A stretch of DNA of 63,066 nt, filler included, from Salisapilia sapeloensis CBS 127946 (Eukaryota; Protista; Oomycota), in the NCBI GenBank assembly GCA_023334545.1. It is 6 parts of 6 records of this genome, joined end to end, with 100 filler letters (N's around TTAATTAATTAA, not from the genome) between each part and the next. Parts side by side here need not be neighbours in the genome. Positions count along the whole stretch, not along the records: positions 1 to 27,648 come from JAADVB010000233.1; positions 27,749 to 39,819 come from JAADVB010000418.1; 4 more parts are not named here. One strand, 5' to 3'. The notes below the pieces were generated by a model. It did no database searches. It had not been told where the DNA came from and saw only the letters and a program-made list of their open reading frames with translations. Positions 24,556 to 36,049 of the stretch are shown here, piece after piece (position 1 is the first letter of the stretch; every line of letters starts with the position of its first letter). The position numbers were made by a program, and so were the translations under genes.

Positions 24556-27447
24556 TTATCGAGTCTTTGGCATCTTCTTGTTCTTACTATCCTCTACCTC
24601 TTTGGGCTTGTAATAGTGCGGCGCAAGCTCCGTCAGCCATTCGCCCTTGATCGGAATCACATTCCGCATGTACTCTTTCGTCGTGAACGCCAGTTCGTGA
24701 TACACGAGCCATCGGGGTACTTCCTCTAGCTTGACTAGACAGGAACTAGGATGGATGTACACTTCATGCGCGTGCTTGACTGTCTTGTAATGCCCGGACG
24801 TGTCCAGCTTGGCGGTGTTGTAAAAGTACCCGGCGCACATGGCTTTCCGAATGGCTTCATGGTCCTGTCGCTTACTACTCTTTTCAATCTCGACACGTTC
24901 ACACAGCGCCTCTAGCTGGTCTCGTACGTCTCGAGCTGTCTTGAGCGATCGCTGGATGACAAAGTTCTCGTACGTCCACTGCGTCGAGTAGTTGGTTTCC
25001 ACCCATTGGTTATAGACGTTCATAAGCGCAATGTGGTCTCCTCCTCCGCCTCGGGCAAAGTTCAGTCGAGCATTGTCGGCATGCACAGCCTTGTCTTTAG
25101 GTCGATAGAAGACAGCGTTATTGACACTCAACATGGCGCAGATGGTCATGACTTCTTCACTGCATCCAAACTTTTCACTCGACACCAAGGCCTTGGCCAT
25201 CATCGGATCCAGAGGGAACTCAGCCATCCGTCGTCCGAGTTTTGTCAACTCCCCTCGGTCGTTCAACGCACCAAGAGCATACAACTGTTCCAACGATCGA
25301 ATCAATGCACGTTCAGGCGGAGGGTCCATAAAATCAAAGTTAAGCAAGTCGTTTACACCTAGAGACTTCATGAGGAGGACGACGCTCGACATGTTCGTTC
25401 GCTGCACTTCTGGCACAGTGTTCTCCTCTAGCTCGTGCTTGTACGACCAAGCCGTGTACAGACGAAAGCACTTGCCTGGCGCTGTTCGACCTGCTCGGCC
25501 AGCTCTCTGGTTAGCCATGGCCTTGGAGATAGGCGTCACGAGCAGGCTCTCCATGCCGGTTTGAGGATTAAAGTTCGTCTGCTTGCAGAAACCTGGATCG
25601 ATCACGTAGCAAATGCCAGGGATGGTCAAGGACGTCTCGGCAATGTTCGTTCCTAGCACGACCTTCCGAGCTCCTTCCGGTGTCGGCTCAAACACCTGCG
25701 CCTGACGTTCTGATGGTAAAGTGGCGTAGATAGGACGGATCAAGAGCTCTTTAATACGTGAACCTAGACCACGTGTTCGTTGCAAAAGCACTTCTTCCGC
25801 CGCTTCGATCTCTTCTTGACCGGTTAAGAAGATGAGAATGTCACCTAGCGGTTGTGTGATGTGGACTTGGAGAGCTGTCACGACAGCTGCGTCCAAGTAG
25901 TCTGCTTCTGGAGCTTTCGTGTAGAGGATGTCGACAGGGTACATGCGTCCAGGGATACGGAATATCGGGGCGTCGTCAAAGTACGTGCTAAACTTTTGGG
26001 CGTCCAAAGTCGCACTGGCAATGATGATCTTGATGTCGTCTCGGAAACGAGCAATGTCCTTGATCAGACCGAAAAGAATGTCCGTTGACAAGGTACGTTC
26101 ATGTGCTTCATCTACGATCATGACGCTGTAGGACGCCAAGTCTGGTTCGGTTAGAAACTCTCGCAAGAGCATACCGTCCGTCATGTACTTCACAGCCGTG
26201 CGTTCGCTCGTGCAGTCTTCGAATCGAATGGAATATCCCACTTCATTCCCGAGTTTCACGTCCATTTCTTGTGCTACACGTGCTGCCACACTCATAGCAG
26301 CTACACGTCGTGGCTGGGTGCATCCGATCTTGCCTAATTCAGAGTACCCGACCTCATGGAGGTATTGTGGGATCTGAGTCGTCTTACCAGAACCCGTTTC
26401 GCCTTCAATGATAAGCACAGGATAATTACGAACAGCTTCTAGTAGGGACTCTCTGTAGGGAAAAATAGGCAGATGCTTGCGTCCTTCTTGTAGCGACTCT
26501 TTCTTAGACTGCACCATCTTTTCTCTAGCGTCCTGCTTCTCCTTTTCCGTCATGGGTGTACCTTGCAACATCTGAGCTGAAATGAACTCGACCTGGTCTT
26601 CTAGTACAAGCTCATCTTCGTCCACGTACATATCCTCTTCCTTCCTCTTCGCTCGTCTGTCCTTGGCGCCTACCTCATTCGAAGCCTTTTTAACCTGGTT
26701 TTCTTCCCAAATCTCCTGTTCCGTCTTGAATACACTCTCTTCTTCATATCGATTAGTCAGTAGATCCTCTCGCTTGCGTATCCGCTGTCCTTCATCATCC
26801 ACTTCCTCATACGAGTCAGGCAAATGGTACCCGTCCTCTCCTTCCGTCGGTTGACCACGCTGTCGAGCTGTCTCTAGAATACGCTTGCTAAGCTCTAGTC
26901 GTCGCTTCTCTTTCTCCGATCGTTCATGCTCTGAATACAAGTTGCTCTCGTCTCGCAGCTGGAACTCTAGTAGTTCCAACTCTTTCTCTTCTCGTTTCTT
27001 CAAATATTCTTGTCGAGAGACTTCTCTAAGCCGTTCCAACTTCTTATTCACTTCAGAGCTATCTGCTTCTTCGGTATTGCCGAGCTGAGAAATCTCCTCT
27101 TGCGTTAGATCGCCGGCATGTCCGTCGTCCTGATCGTCTCGAGGACGTTTCCGCTTCGTACGAGCTTCATCACGATCGCGAAGACGCTGTTCAAAAGCCT
27201 GTCGTTCTTCCATATCTCCATCTTTCGATTGACCATTCGCATTGAGATCACTAGACCATGACGGATCCTGCAGTTGAGCATTCCGCTGCTCGATAAAAGC
27301 ATTTACGTCCTCTTGCGCACCCACATCATCGACATCATTATCTGTACGCCTACGACGCTTTGACTTGCTACTATCAGCAACATTAGAGTCTTCCTTCCGC
27401 CGCTGACGACGTGCAAAAGATGGCTTCTCGTCATCATCCCCAGCCAT
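24556..27447 (-). CDS. DHX16: DEAH-box pre-mRNA splicing helicase DHX16/Prp2
   Basis: [53 protein letters not shown]-terminal [14 protein letters not shown] motif typical of DHX16. Confidence 0.93.
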   Translation of the reverse strand: MAGDDDEKPSFARRQRRKEDSNVADSSKSKRRRRTDNDVDDVGAQEDVNAFIEQRNAQLQDPSWSSDLNANGQSKDGDMEERQAFEQRLRDRDEARTKRKRPRDDQDDGHAGDLTQEEISQLGNTEEADSSEVNKKLERLREVSRQEYLKKREEKELELLEFQLRDESNLYSEHERSEKEKRRLELSKRILETARQRGQPTEGEDGYHLPDSYEEVDDEGQRIRKREDLLTNRYEEESVFKTEQEIWEENQVKKASNEVGAKDRRAKRKEEDMYVDEDELVLEDQVEFISAQMLQGTPMTEKEKQDAREKMVQSKKESLQEGRKHLPIFPYRESLLEAVRNYPVLIIEGETGSGKTTQIPQYLHEVGYSELGKIGCTQPRRVAAMSVAARVAQEMDVKLGNEVGYSIRFEDCTSERTAVKYMTDGMLLREFLTEPDLASYSVMIVDEAHERTLSTDILFGLIKDIARFRDDIKIIIASATLDAQKFSTYFDDAPIFRIPGRMYPVDILYTKAPEADYLDAAVVTALQVHITQPLGDILIFLTGQEEIEAAEEVLLQRTRGLGSRIKELLIRPIYATLPSERQAQVFEPTPEGARKVVLGTNIAETSLTIPGICYVIDPGFCKQTNFNPQTGMESLLVTPISKAMANQRAGRAGRTAPGKCFRLYTAWSYKHELEENTVPEVQRTNMSSVVLLMKSLGVNDLLNFDFMDPPPERALIRSLEQLYALGALNDRGELTKLGRRMAEFPLDPMMAKALVSSEKFGCSEEVMTICAMLSVNNAVFYRPKDKAVHADNARLNFARGGGGDHIALMNVYNQWVETNYSTQWTYENFVIQRSLKTARDVRDQLEALCERVEIEKSSKRQDHEAIRKAMCAGYFYNTAKLDTSGHYKTVKHAHEVYIHPSSCLVKLEEVPRWLVYHELAFTTKEYMRNVIPIKGEWLTELAPHYYKPKEVEDSKNKKMPKTR

Positions 27448-27648
27448 TTCTTAGGTGTCAATATAGGTTGTACGTTCATAACAGTGTTATTGATATGTTC
27501 CTAACATGTCTTGAATTATGTGCAATCATTGAAGTTGCAAGCAGCGTTCCGGAAATTCATGTGCAAAGAGAGGACGAGGGACGGAGGGTGGTTTTATTTA
27601 CTTTAGATGCCGGCGTTCTGGAGCACTTTCATGTTCATCAAGTATCCT

Positions 27649-27748
27649 NNNNNNNNNNNNNNNNNNNNNNNNNNNNNNNNNNNNNNNNNNNNTTAATTAA
27701 TTAANNNNNNNNNNNNNNNNNNNNNNNNNNNNNNNNNNNNNNNNNNNN
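27649..27748. other. Assembly gap linker (44 N + TTAATTAATTAA + 44 N)
   Basis: The same 100-nt structure occurs five times in the window. The 12-mer puts stop codons in all six frames. Confidence 0.97.
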
Positions 27749-27749
27749 A

Positions 27750-27896
27750 ACTGCACGTTTGATCCCTTCGGCGGTCCAGGCAGCGACTGTGCTGACCGTG
27801 AAAGGGGTCCGAATGCTTTCGGTAGGCGGTTACCAGATGGCCAAATACTTGTGGTGTCCAGCATCTTCATCGTACGACCTCACCGTTTACGGATGA
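27750..27896 (+). CDS. Possible 3' fragment of a gene truncated by the gap
   Basis: Open frame from the gap edge: TARLIPSAVQAATVLTVKGVRMLSVGGYQMAKYLWCPASSSYDLTVYG*. Not identifiable. Confidence 0.3.
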   Translation, partial: TARLIPSAVQAATVLTVKGVRMLSVGGYQMAKYLWCPASSSYDLTVYG

Positions 27897-28492
27897 GTCA
27901 GCGCTATGCTTTAATTGATAATCATTTGAAATTGGTGTGGTGGGGGTGCAGAAGTAGAGTATACCGAAGATAGAGTTGAAACCTGTCAGCTCTGTAGATC
28001 AAGAGATGTTGTGATCTTGTCGGCAATCGTGGACGGAGCGCTAGAAGCAAGACAACATTCATGTTGTTTTTTTCCTGCTTTGACAACGTTTCAGTAGCAT
28101 CATCTCCTTTCATAGTGCATTTTGTGTGGCTGTATATTGACATTTAATCCGATCCTTACCCGATGAAAGATGATAGTTTATCGATGACCCGAAGGTTTTG
28201 TCGTTAACATCCTCTTTTACTCAAAAGCACGATTCTCACTTATAAGTAGAAAGCAACCACGACATTCTGGTGCTTATGCAGACAACATGAACAAGGTATC
28301 TGGGCTCTAGTTTCGAGCTATTGTTCGAGTACAAGACATATAGTGCTAAAACGTAGTCATAACGGGACTAAGCAACGATGCTGATGGATAGTTATGGACA
28401 TTTGGTGATCCGAATAAATGACTGTGGTACGAAACGGTGAGCATTGAATCAGTCTATTAAAAGATGGTAAAACAATTACTCTGATCAATACT

Positions 28493-29023
28493 CTACACTG
28501 ATGACGCAAACCAGATCATGTTTCCGATGGCAGTGAAAATGCAGAGAATACCGAGCATCCATGAGGCCATGCGAAGCCAAGGTAATTGAAGAGCATAAGC
28601 TGTGGTATGAACCACGCGCCCTGTTGTATAGATGAAGAGCAAGCTTGACGTTAGTATCGCGTTTGCCTCGACGACAATGCAAGTAAGAAAGACCAGAAGG
28701 GCGAATGGGATTGACTCCAGGTCATTCTGGATGATCCGTTTCCATCTCGTTTCTTCTTCAGAAGCGGCTTTTTGCCCGCTTTCCAATGGCACAGACAATT
28801 CTTCCCCACTTTCCTTGTGCTTCGTAGCCGCCATCGGGAGCTGCTGGTCCTCCGGGCATCGAGTACCTGCATTAAACCCTTTTCTTCCTTGGACCATCGT
28901 GCTCGCAAGAAACTTTACGTAGAGGACGGCAAGGCACACAGCAAATACTAGGACGTCGTTCATTGTAGCTCGCTCGAATCGATGGGCTAGATTGTTGGTA
29001 AAAGATAAAATGGACGCAAGCAT
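28493..29023 (-). CDS. MAPEG-family (microsomal glutathione transferase-like) membrane protein
   Basis: VLYVKFL...GTRCPED, RWKRIIQNDLESIPF, YTTGRVVHTTAY and four hydrophobic helices, matching the MAPEG pattern. Confidence 0.85.
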   Translation of the reverse strand: MLASILSFTNNLAHRFERATMNDVLVFAVCLAVLYVKFLASTMVQGRKGFNAGTRCPEDQQLPMAATKHKESGEELSVPLESGQKAASEEETRWKRIIQNDLESIPFALLVFLTCIVVEANAILTSSLLFIYTTGRVVHTTAYALQLPWLRMASWMLGILCIFTAIGNMIWFASSV

Positions 29024-30804
29024 GGATAATGGAGAGATGAAGAATCAACTAGCGAGCACCCTCTTGCCAAGGTCAGGCACAGTAAGACTTTCTATTAAGT
29101 TTCCATGAAAAACATCTAAAGCCAGTTACTGACGGATCTAACTGCTCTGTCGGACGAAACCTTCTGAAGCTGAGCATAGGGCATTTACTTCGAGAAGGCA
29201 TATTTTCTGTTAAACAACGCATTTGGGCTGCGTTTGGGAGGGAGCATTGACCATTCAGATCTATGGTTCAGTTGGACTATTTTGTCGAAAGTAATGGACT
29301 GTTATGCACGTGCCTACCTTTCAGTACGCTATGTACTTTCCGTATGCACTAAATTTTCGCGGCAACTTGCATACGTCTTATAAGCGTTCCGATATATTTA
29401 CTCCTACGCATGCTACACTCGCTGCCCTGCTTCTGACCTTTGGAAGAATAAAATTTTGCATTCCCGGGATGGATCATGCTTTCAGAGGATGCAGAGACCA
29501 AAGTAGTAGCTTATATAGTCGACTTTTAGTAGTATTTTAAAAGACTTAGACTTATGTGGAAACAAAGAAACAAGTCTCTGGAACAGTAGAATGAAGGCAA
29601 GCGAGGGTAATGCCAGCTCGATCTCGCTGTACCGGAACAGTTTTTCTCCGTCCATGTAGTAGCGTACAAAACTGCTTGCTGAATGGCAAGTGCACTTGTA
29701 CGCCTACTTAGCTGCAGTCAATTGCATGTATTACCAACGGCTAGGACTATCCATTAGATCGCAGATCATCAAGTAAAAAGCTGACCGTAGAGATATGGTG
29801 ACGCAGCATAGTCGCAGTACCTTGCTGAAGGTTTTAAAGTCCATTGCGGCCGTCTTTGGATTTGAACGCACATACCTGTCAGCCTTCGACATACAAAGGC
29901 GTGCACGCTGACATGTTAGATTTGGTAAAATCTTTCGTACTGTCCTGTTCAGATCCAATATAGAATTTTCCTATGGACCCTCGAACTGATCTTCGCCAAC
30001 CAGTCTACGCAACACAGCGTACAAATATTTGAACTTTCCTGTCATCATAGCCAATGCAATTGTGCACGGTATTCATTTCCAGCTCATTTATGGTCATGAA
30101 GAAGCGCGATCGAGACTAAATCAAAGCTGATACAAGCGTTACTACTGGTTGCTCAAGCTCTCAGATTTTATTCATGGCCAAGAATTGTAGTTCAAGACAA
30201 GTATGAAAAGCTATCTCATTTGCGATCACCAAAAGACCCGTGAAATAATCGTGATGAAAGGGCTACAACAGCAATACTCAAATGTGTAGCAAGCATGGAA
30301 AAGAAGAGTGTAAGAAAGAGTTGACTATAAATATAATACTTAGCGTTTGAGCAAGAATGAAAGGAAAGAGAATGACGAATACAAATTTACTGGATAGACG
30401 TGGTGCCTTGTCTACCATAGACTGGATGGACCTACTGGTGGGGGCGGCGTTACTCCATAAGTTACCATGGACACTCCAGTCCGGACCATCAATCCGACGT
30501 TGGCCATTTTACCAGCGGTCTGAAAGCGGTTCATCGTCCCATCGCTAAAGGAGCTCCTAAATTAGTTTCGTATCTTGCTTCCAGACTCTTTATCGTCCTC
30601 ATAAATGTCACTGGATCGATGACGCATCTTCCATCCTTTCAGCAAAATCTCGTCTTCACGAGTCAGTTCTCAAGACTGCACCGAAAAGTAATAAGTAGAA
30701 GACATTGTCGACGATACCGTCGTCTCCAGCACGAAAATTTAATTTGAATTACGCTTCACAATGACTCGCAATGTTTCCGGATGCCCCGGCTTTGTTAAAT
30801 GATC

Positions 30805-32092
30805 CTACCTAGCGAAAGATTGTACAAATGAAGCGTAAGTAGCCAATTGGTAGTGTACCTGGATGATATCCGCTAGTTGCTCTCTTGACATTGTCACAGC
30901 ACGATAGGCGCCTGATGGGGCGTTATTGGCAACAATGAAGCATTTCCTAGGTACAAATGTGCGATTAGTGAGCAATAAACATACATGTACATATCTATGT
31001 ATACGTATATGTAGCTGGATCATTGGCTTGGAGTATCTGAAAATAGCCACAGAACCGTTTGAGTTGATTCCGATTTCAAGTCGAAAAAAAAGGATTCTTC
31101 TCTTTCCCTTGGCTCTAACACACCTTGTACACTAATGAAATGTTCATTTGCATCCCTTCACTCCATATCCTTACTTCCCTTCATCCAGCTTGTTAAGTGA
31201 TCGACAACCGGGACCGCACATCCCCTCCAGATCTTTTACACATGATATTTGTATACATAAATACAGTGAAGTTATGTCGCCAGAGCACATCCTAGAAGCT
31301 GAGGTTGAATCTGAGAATTAAAGAAAAGAATATACGCGACAAAAGATAAAGATGCCATTTCGAATCTACAGCTAGTAGTAGGCCTTCGCTGTCAATCGCT
31401 TGCTTTTATGGACATCTATGACGTAGAAAATAAAGAGCAGCTCTGCGGCGCCTGCTATAACCAAAAAGTTTTCTTAGCTTGCAGATCTTGTCGTAACTTG
31501 GCGGTGATAGCACGTAGATCCTCTACTTCATTCTGTAAATCTTGGATCTGAGCAGCCAAGATGTCAATTTTGGCAATTTTGACGCTTTTAGCAGGAAATG
31601 AGTAGACTGGCGCGAGGCCATGACCAAAGTCTGGTCGAAAAATCAGCTTCAACATGCCATCTTGAGTTTCGAAGCGCAAAGTTTGGGAGCCCTTGGAGTC
31701 TCGTGCAAAATCTAAAAGTGACTTCTACCGGTACATGAATGAACATGATTTGCTTTGGATTTCAAATTGGTAAGAAAAATACGTTGATAGCGGGAGCCAA
31801 GGTGGTACGTGGAATCTTTACATTCTTCGGTCCATATTTCTCCAAACTGTTATCGTCTATCACACATTCCCTGCTTAGGAATTAGCCTATAGATCAAGCT
31901 AAAACCAATACAAATAGATTACCATTGGCGTTTGGTTGTTTTATGCTGCAAGTTGACGACAGTTTCGCTCTCACTGTCTACCAAATTAAGGTTGTATATC
32001 CCGTCGGGTATATCCTTGTCCTTGCGTGAAAACGACACATTCAGCGTACTCTTGGTCTTTTTTGAAGGATGTGGAGTGCACTTGTTACTCAT
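30805..32092 (-). pseudogene. Truncated member of an oomycete coiled-coil hypothetical family (copy A); three intact exons then a decayed C-terminus
   Basis: Exons 32092-31923, 31870-31783 and 31724-31455 splice in frame (VVNLQHKTTKRQWECVID...GPKNVKIP...PVYSFPAKSVKIAKIDILAAQIQDLQNEVEDL) and stop at 31455. Downstream remnants FFFDLKSESTQTVLWLFSDTPSQ* and MSREQLADIIQVHY match copy B. Confidence 0.6.
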
Positions 32093-32915
32093 TGTTTGAA
32101 GTTCTCGCGGACGTCACCTCGAGGAAGAGAATTGATTTATGAGCTGAAGGTGCCGCTTTGCACGAAAGATCTCGGAAAATTCGTTAGGTCATACCCCTTC
32201 ATGGTCATCATTGTTCATGGCCAATGCTTACCCGATGAACGAGTTACTGTAGATAGCGATGCTCTGTATTCCATTCTTTAGTATGCATTTGTCGTCGACG
32301 ATGGCATCTCTAGATAAAGCACTGAAAAGTGTAATAGTTTCAATTGATAATAAGTATCGAAATCTACCTTCACGGGCGGTACAGCACAGCAATCATCTAG
32401 TCGGTAACAAGCACGGAAATAAGAGAGTTTAAATCTGTTCATGTCATTTGTCCCTGAACCCGAGGGAGACTAATTTCAAAAGAGAACGAATGGCGCTGTC
32501 CACTACCACCCAACGCAGTTAACTTATCACTCTTGCGCAAGTATGACGCCTCCAATAGATGCCACAGCCGTGACCACAGTGGCGGTGATCTTGACCCCAA
32601 GCAAGATATTCCTGCGCTTCGACTCTGACTGCGTGGAATCGGCTTCAATGTTAGCAATCAACCGCTCTTCTGCGAGGTTCTCCGACCCACATTGCCTTAT
32701 CCAACTTTCTCGCCGACTCAAGTCGCTGCTGACCACGTTGCAGGACTTCATAGGAAAGCGGTAGGTTGAAGGCATCATTGTAAATGCTCTCGTCTCGACC
32801 ACGAGGGTTAAATTCGAATTGCGCTCCTCAATAACCCGAAAGGAATCATGTCGTTCCGCATTTGTTAGATGATCCTACCGAGCGACAGACTGAGTGAACT
32901 TTGATGCTCATGTAA

Positions 32916-34030
32916 TTAGACAAAGTGTACCTTGAGGACGTCGGTTAGTCCATCTCTTGTCAATCTAACGTCGGGATTCGAGCCGGGTATAGCGGTATGA
33001 GCATCCAAGGTACATATCCTGTACGCACGAATGGGCTTATATACAACCTGTGAGAAAGATGGAAGCAAGTATACCACTTCTTTGGCGTATCTGAAAGCAG
33101 CCACAGGGTGGTCTGAGTTTTGTTAGACTCCAGGTGGAAAAAATATTTTCGGTTGCATGATCTTGGCATGAACATCCCGTCTACTTCTATCGAGCTCTTG
33201 CTTATGCTTACTCCCATGCTGCCTCTTGTCGTCCGGAAGGAGGATTGTACACTGAACCAAAACCTGGATTGCCAATATCTTCCAAATTTCCATCGCTCTA
33301 CGTTCGTATGAAGCTACACTTTGTTGTAGCTATGTGGTCAGAGTCTACGCTTAAAGCTGTACCCAGGAACGAAAGACAAAGCATTAGGCAACAATCAATG
33401 ATTTCATTTCCACCATGCGTCAGCGCGGCTAATAGACCTTGGCCGTCTACCGCTTGCCTCCTACGGGAAATGGTTACTAAAGAAGACAGCAGTTTAGGCC
33501 CGGTCAGATCTCTTGTATTCCCGTAGTTTTATACCTCCCAGGTCTTACTGCAACTTGGCAGTAACCGAACCTAGGCCCTTCACTTCATCTTGTAAGTCGT
33601 GGATTTGAGCAGGCAGACCGTCAGTCTCTTTGATTTCAACACTTTTAACTGGAAATTTGTAGGCCGGTTTTAGAGCACAGCTGCAGTCTGACCAAAAGGT
33701 CACATTTAAAATGTCATCTCAAACTCTGGTGCGTAAGACGTGAAGCCTCTCAGCCTTTGTATAGTGGTCAAGTATAGTTGTTCTATGGTAATACAGGAGT
33801 GAGTGTGAGGTGATGGTAGATTGAAACAGAGATGAAGATACGTAGATGACGGAAAACAGAATCGTGTGTGGAATCTTTACATCCTTCGGTCCACATTCGA
33901 AGATGCTGCTCTACAAGAGAAATCTTTGAATGTAGTTCACAGGTCCTATTCCATGATGATCATCTTTGGTCGTGAACAGATCTTTCCATGACCAAGCTTC
34001 ACCACAAAGAATGCTTCTATGATCAGCTAC
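32916..34030 (-). pseudogene. Decayed tandem paralogue of the same family (copy B)
   Basis: ECGPKDVKIPHTILFSVIY with the same intron position as copy A; LKPAYKFPVKSVEIKETDGLPAQIHDLQDEVKGLGSVTAKLQ* with in-frame stops; YFFHLESNKTQTTLWLLSDTPKKW; LTRDGLTDVLKVHF. Confidence 0.7.
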
Positions 34031-35731
34031 TAGCGCTCGATCTTATTATTCCTTAGATTCCTTAGAGGTACTAGATCGAATTCATCCATAACTGCAGAGA
34101 CCATGAGGTCTCAAAGATATTTTTCCATTACGACATTCTATACTGAAGGCCATTGCCAGGTACACGTATCGATGCTCTCCTGGGCACACCACCAGCGTGC
34201 TTACCACAAAATGACTGATTATGCAGATAATGTGGATACGGATACTCAAACAAGTTTCCAGACACTTGCTACGGACTTACGACCGGAAATTTAGGCAGTC
34301 CAGAACTTACTTCCGGGTAATATCAGACAATGGTGTAGATACGGGCCATTGGGCGTACCTGACGCCCCTACGTCCACCCCTCACTAGGCTCTCTCTCCTG
34401 TTCGCCGGGGCTATCTGCTTTCTGCAGATAATTCCCACCTGATAGTAACATTCACTAGATCTAGGCATCTAGGTAAAGCAGCAATGTAATAGACCTTTTC
34501 TAGAAAGGCCATTGCCAGGAGGTTGCTTAGCTACTATGCGGCCATCTCTATGCGGAGCGCTCTACTTATGAGGAAAGTTTGAAGTCCATTCTAGCGTCAA
34601 GCTCTGTCGCATAAATAGGATCATGATTCTCAGTCGCACTCGTTGCTACATTGTATCTTCATGAAATCTACATGTATGCCATGAAAGTAAGGACATTTTC
34701 CCATGCGAATACTTAAGGCCCATATAAGGTGATGTAATTCGGGCTACTTTCTACCGGAGTTCATTGACCACAGAGCTTTAGTATCTCTACGTCCACCTCA
34801 ATACAGTCTTCAGAGAGTCTACGCACTACGATCTGAAACGTGTAGAGTCATTTGATCAGGTAATATGCTGATATGTTCAAGTTGAGATTGCACGCTGAGA
34901 CTATTTCGTAAAGATATTGACCACTCATCTAGTAGTATTTTCTTAAGCTTTTTACAAGGTAAGTTTAACTAGGTAAAAGGATGATGTGGTCCTAAATATA
35001 GCTTTTTATGTAAATGACAAGCGATATGAACTCTTTGCGCTCTCACGTGCTTGGTGGCCAAGTATGTACTGGGAAGAGGAAGGCTTGAAATAGAAAATCT
35101 TCGTCTCAAGGTTGCAAAGAAAATATGAGAGTGCAGAGTCTCAAGCTGGTGGAAAGTGAATGTGTGATAAAGCTACGTCCTTCGTCCAAGATTAAAGCGA
35201 TCTAGTGGTACGAAAAGTCGTTGGAAAGAGAAGCTTCAAGTCATCAAAACAGATAGCAAAGCAAAAGGTAAAAACATCTACTAGCGTTCCTCTGACAACG
35301 CAAAGTATGTACGTGCCATGGAAAGCTAGTGCAGAGAACAGAATTGTCATCTGTGATGCACATAGGCTGATAGCATGCAAAGCTTTTGCCGATACTGACT
35401 TGTTACGGTAACCTAGCTTCCGCTTTAGTTTGTATTTCAGTCTCTAAAAATCATCGACTCAGCCATAGTTTATTCAAGTAAGTTTATCATGCTGTGAAAC
35501 GACTGCAAAGCGTGGCAATTTGTGCCGTCGCGATATACAAGAAGCAAGTGTATCTCAAGCGCAGGCATTACAGACGCTATTCTCAAGTCTTCAGCGTGAG
35601 AATACGAAGCACCACTTTACCTTTCAACGGTCCAGTCCCTCCTCCCGGCTACACAGGCCTACCCAAAGAACATTTGAAATGCTTATCTTTATGTTAATAT
35701 TTATACTATTAATATTTGAAATTTTGGGTAC

Positions 35732-35804
35732 GCTCGCGTAGCCCAATGGATACGGCGCTGCCCTCCTAAGGCAGAGATTGCGGGTTCGAGTCCCGCCGTG
35801 AGTA
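35732..35804 (+). tRNA. tRNA-Arg (anticodon CCT)
   Basis: Cloverleaf: acceptor GCTCGCG/CGTGAGT, D-arm TAGCCCAATGGATACGGC, anticodon stem CTGCC/GGCAG with loop CT-CCT-AA, T-arm GCGGGTTCGAGTCCCGC. T-rich Pol III terminator-like tract follows. Confidence 0.95.
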
Positions 35805-36049
35805 TTCTTTTTTCTTTTTGTCCAGATGAAATATCACCATGCTCCTCTACGACAGTGGCGCAATATCCCTTTATTTCCATCCGGCCCATCCAAAGCCTCA
35901 TGAAAGCCTTGTACTCGATGCAAAATGTCCGACTCCTCTTTCGTCCTATCTTAAGGTGGTCCACACCAGTTGAAAAGCGCGGGAGTTTCTGGTATACTTT
36001 ATCCAAGTGACATGCGCAGATCGAAAAGCGCGGGCACTCGAGTAGGAAC

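Noticed and set aside
27693-27704. TTAATTAATTAA as a biological repeat or regulatory motif
   Set aside because: Always centred in identical 100-nt N blocks; it is an assembly linker with six-frame stops.
34146-34519. 15-bp direct repeat AAGGCCATTGCCAGG at 34146 and 34505 as LTR or transposon remnant
   Set aside because: Similarity does not visibly extend, and no TG...CA ends, PBS or transposase/RT motifs were found.
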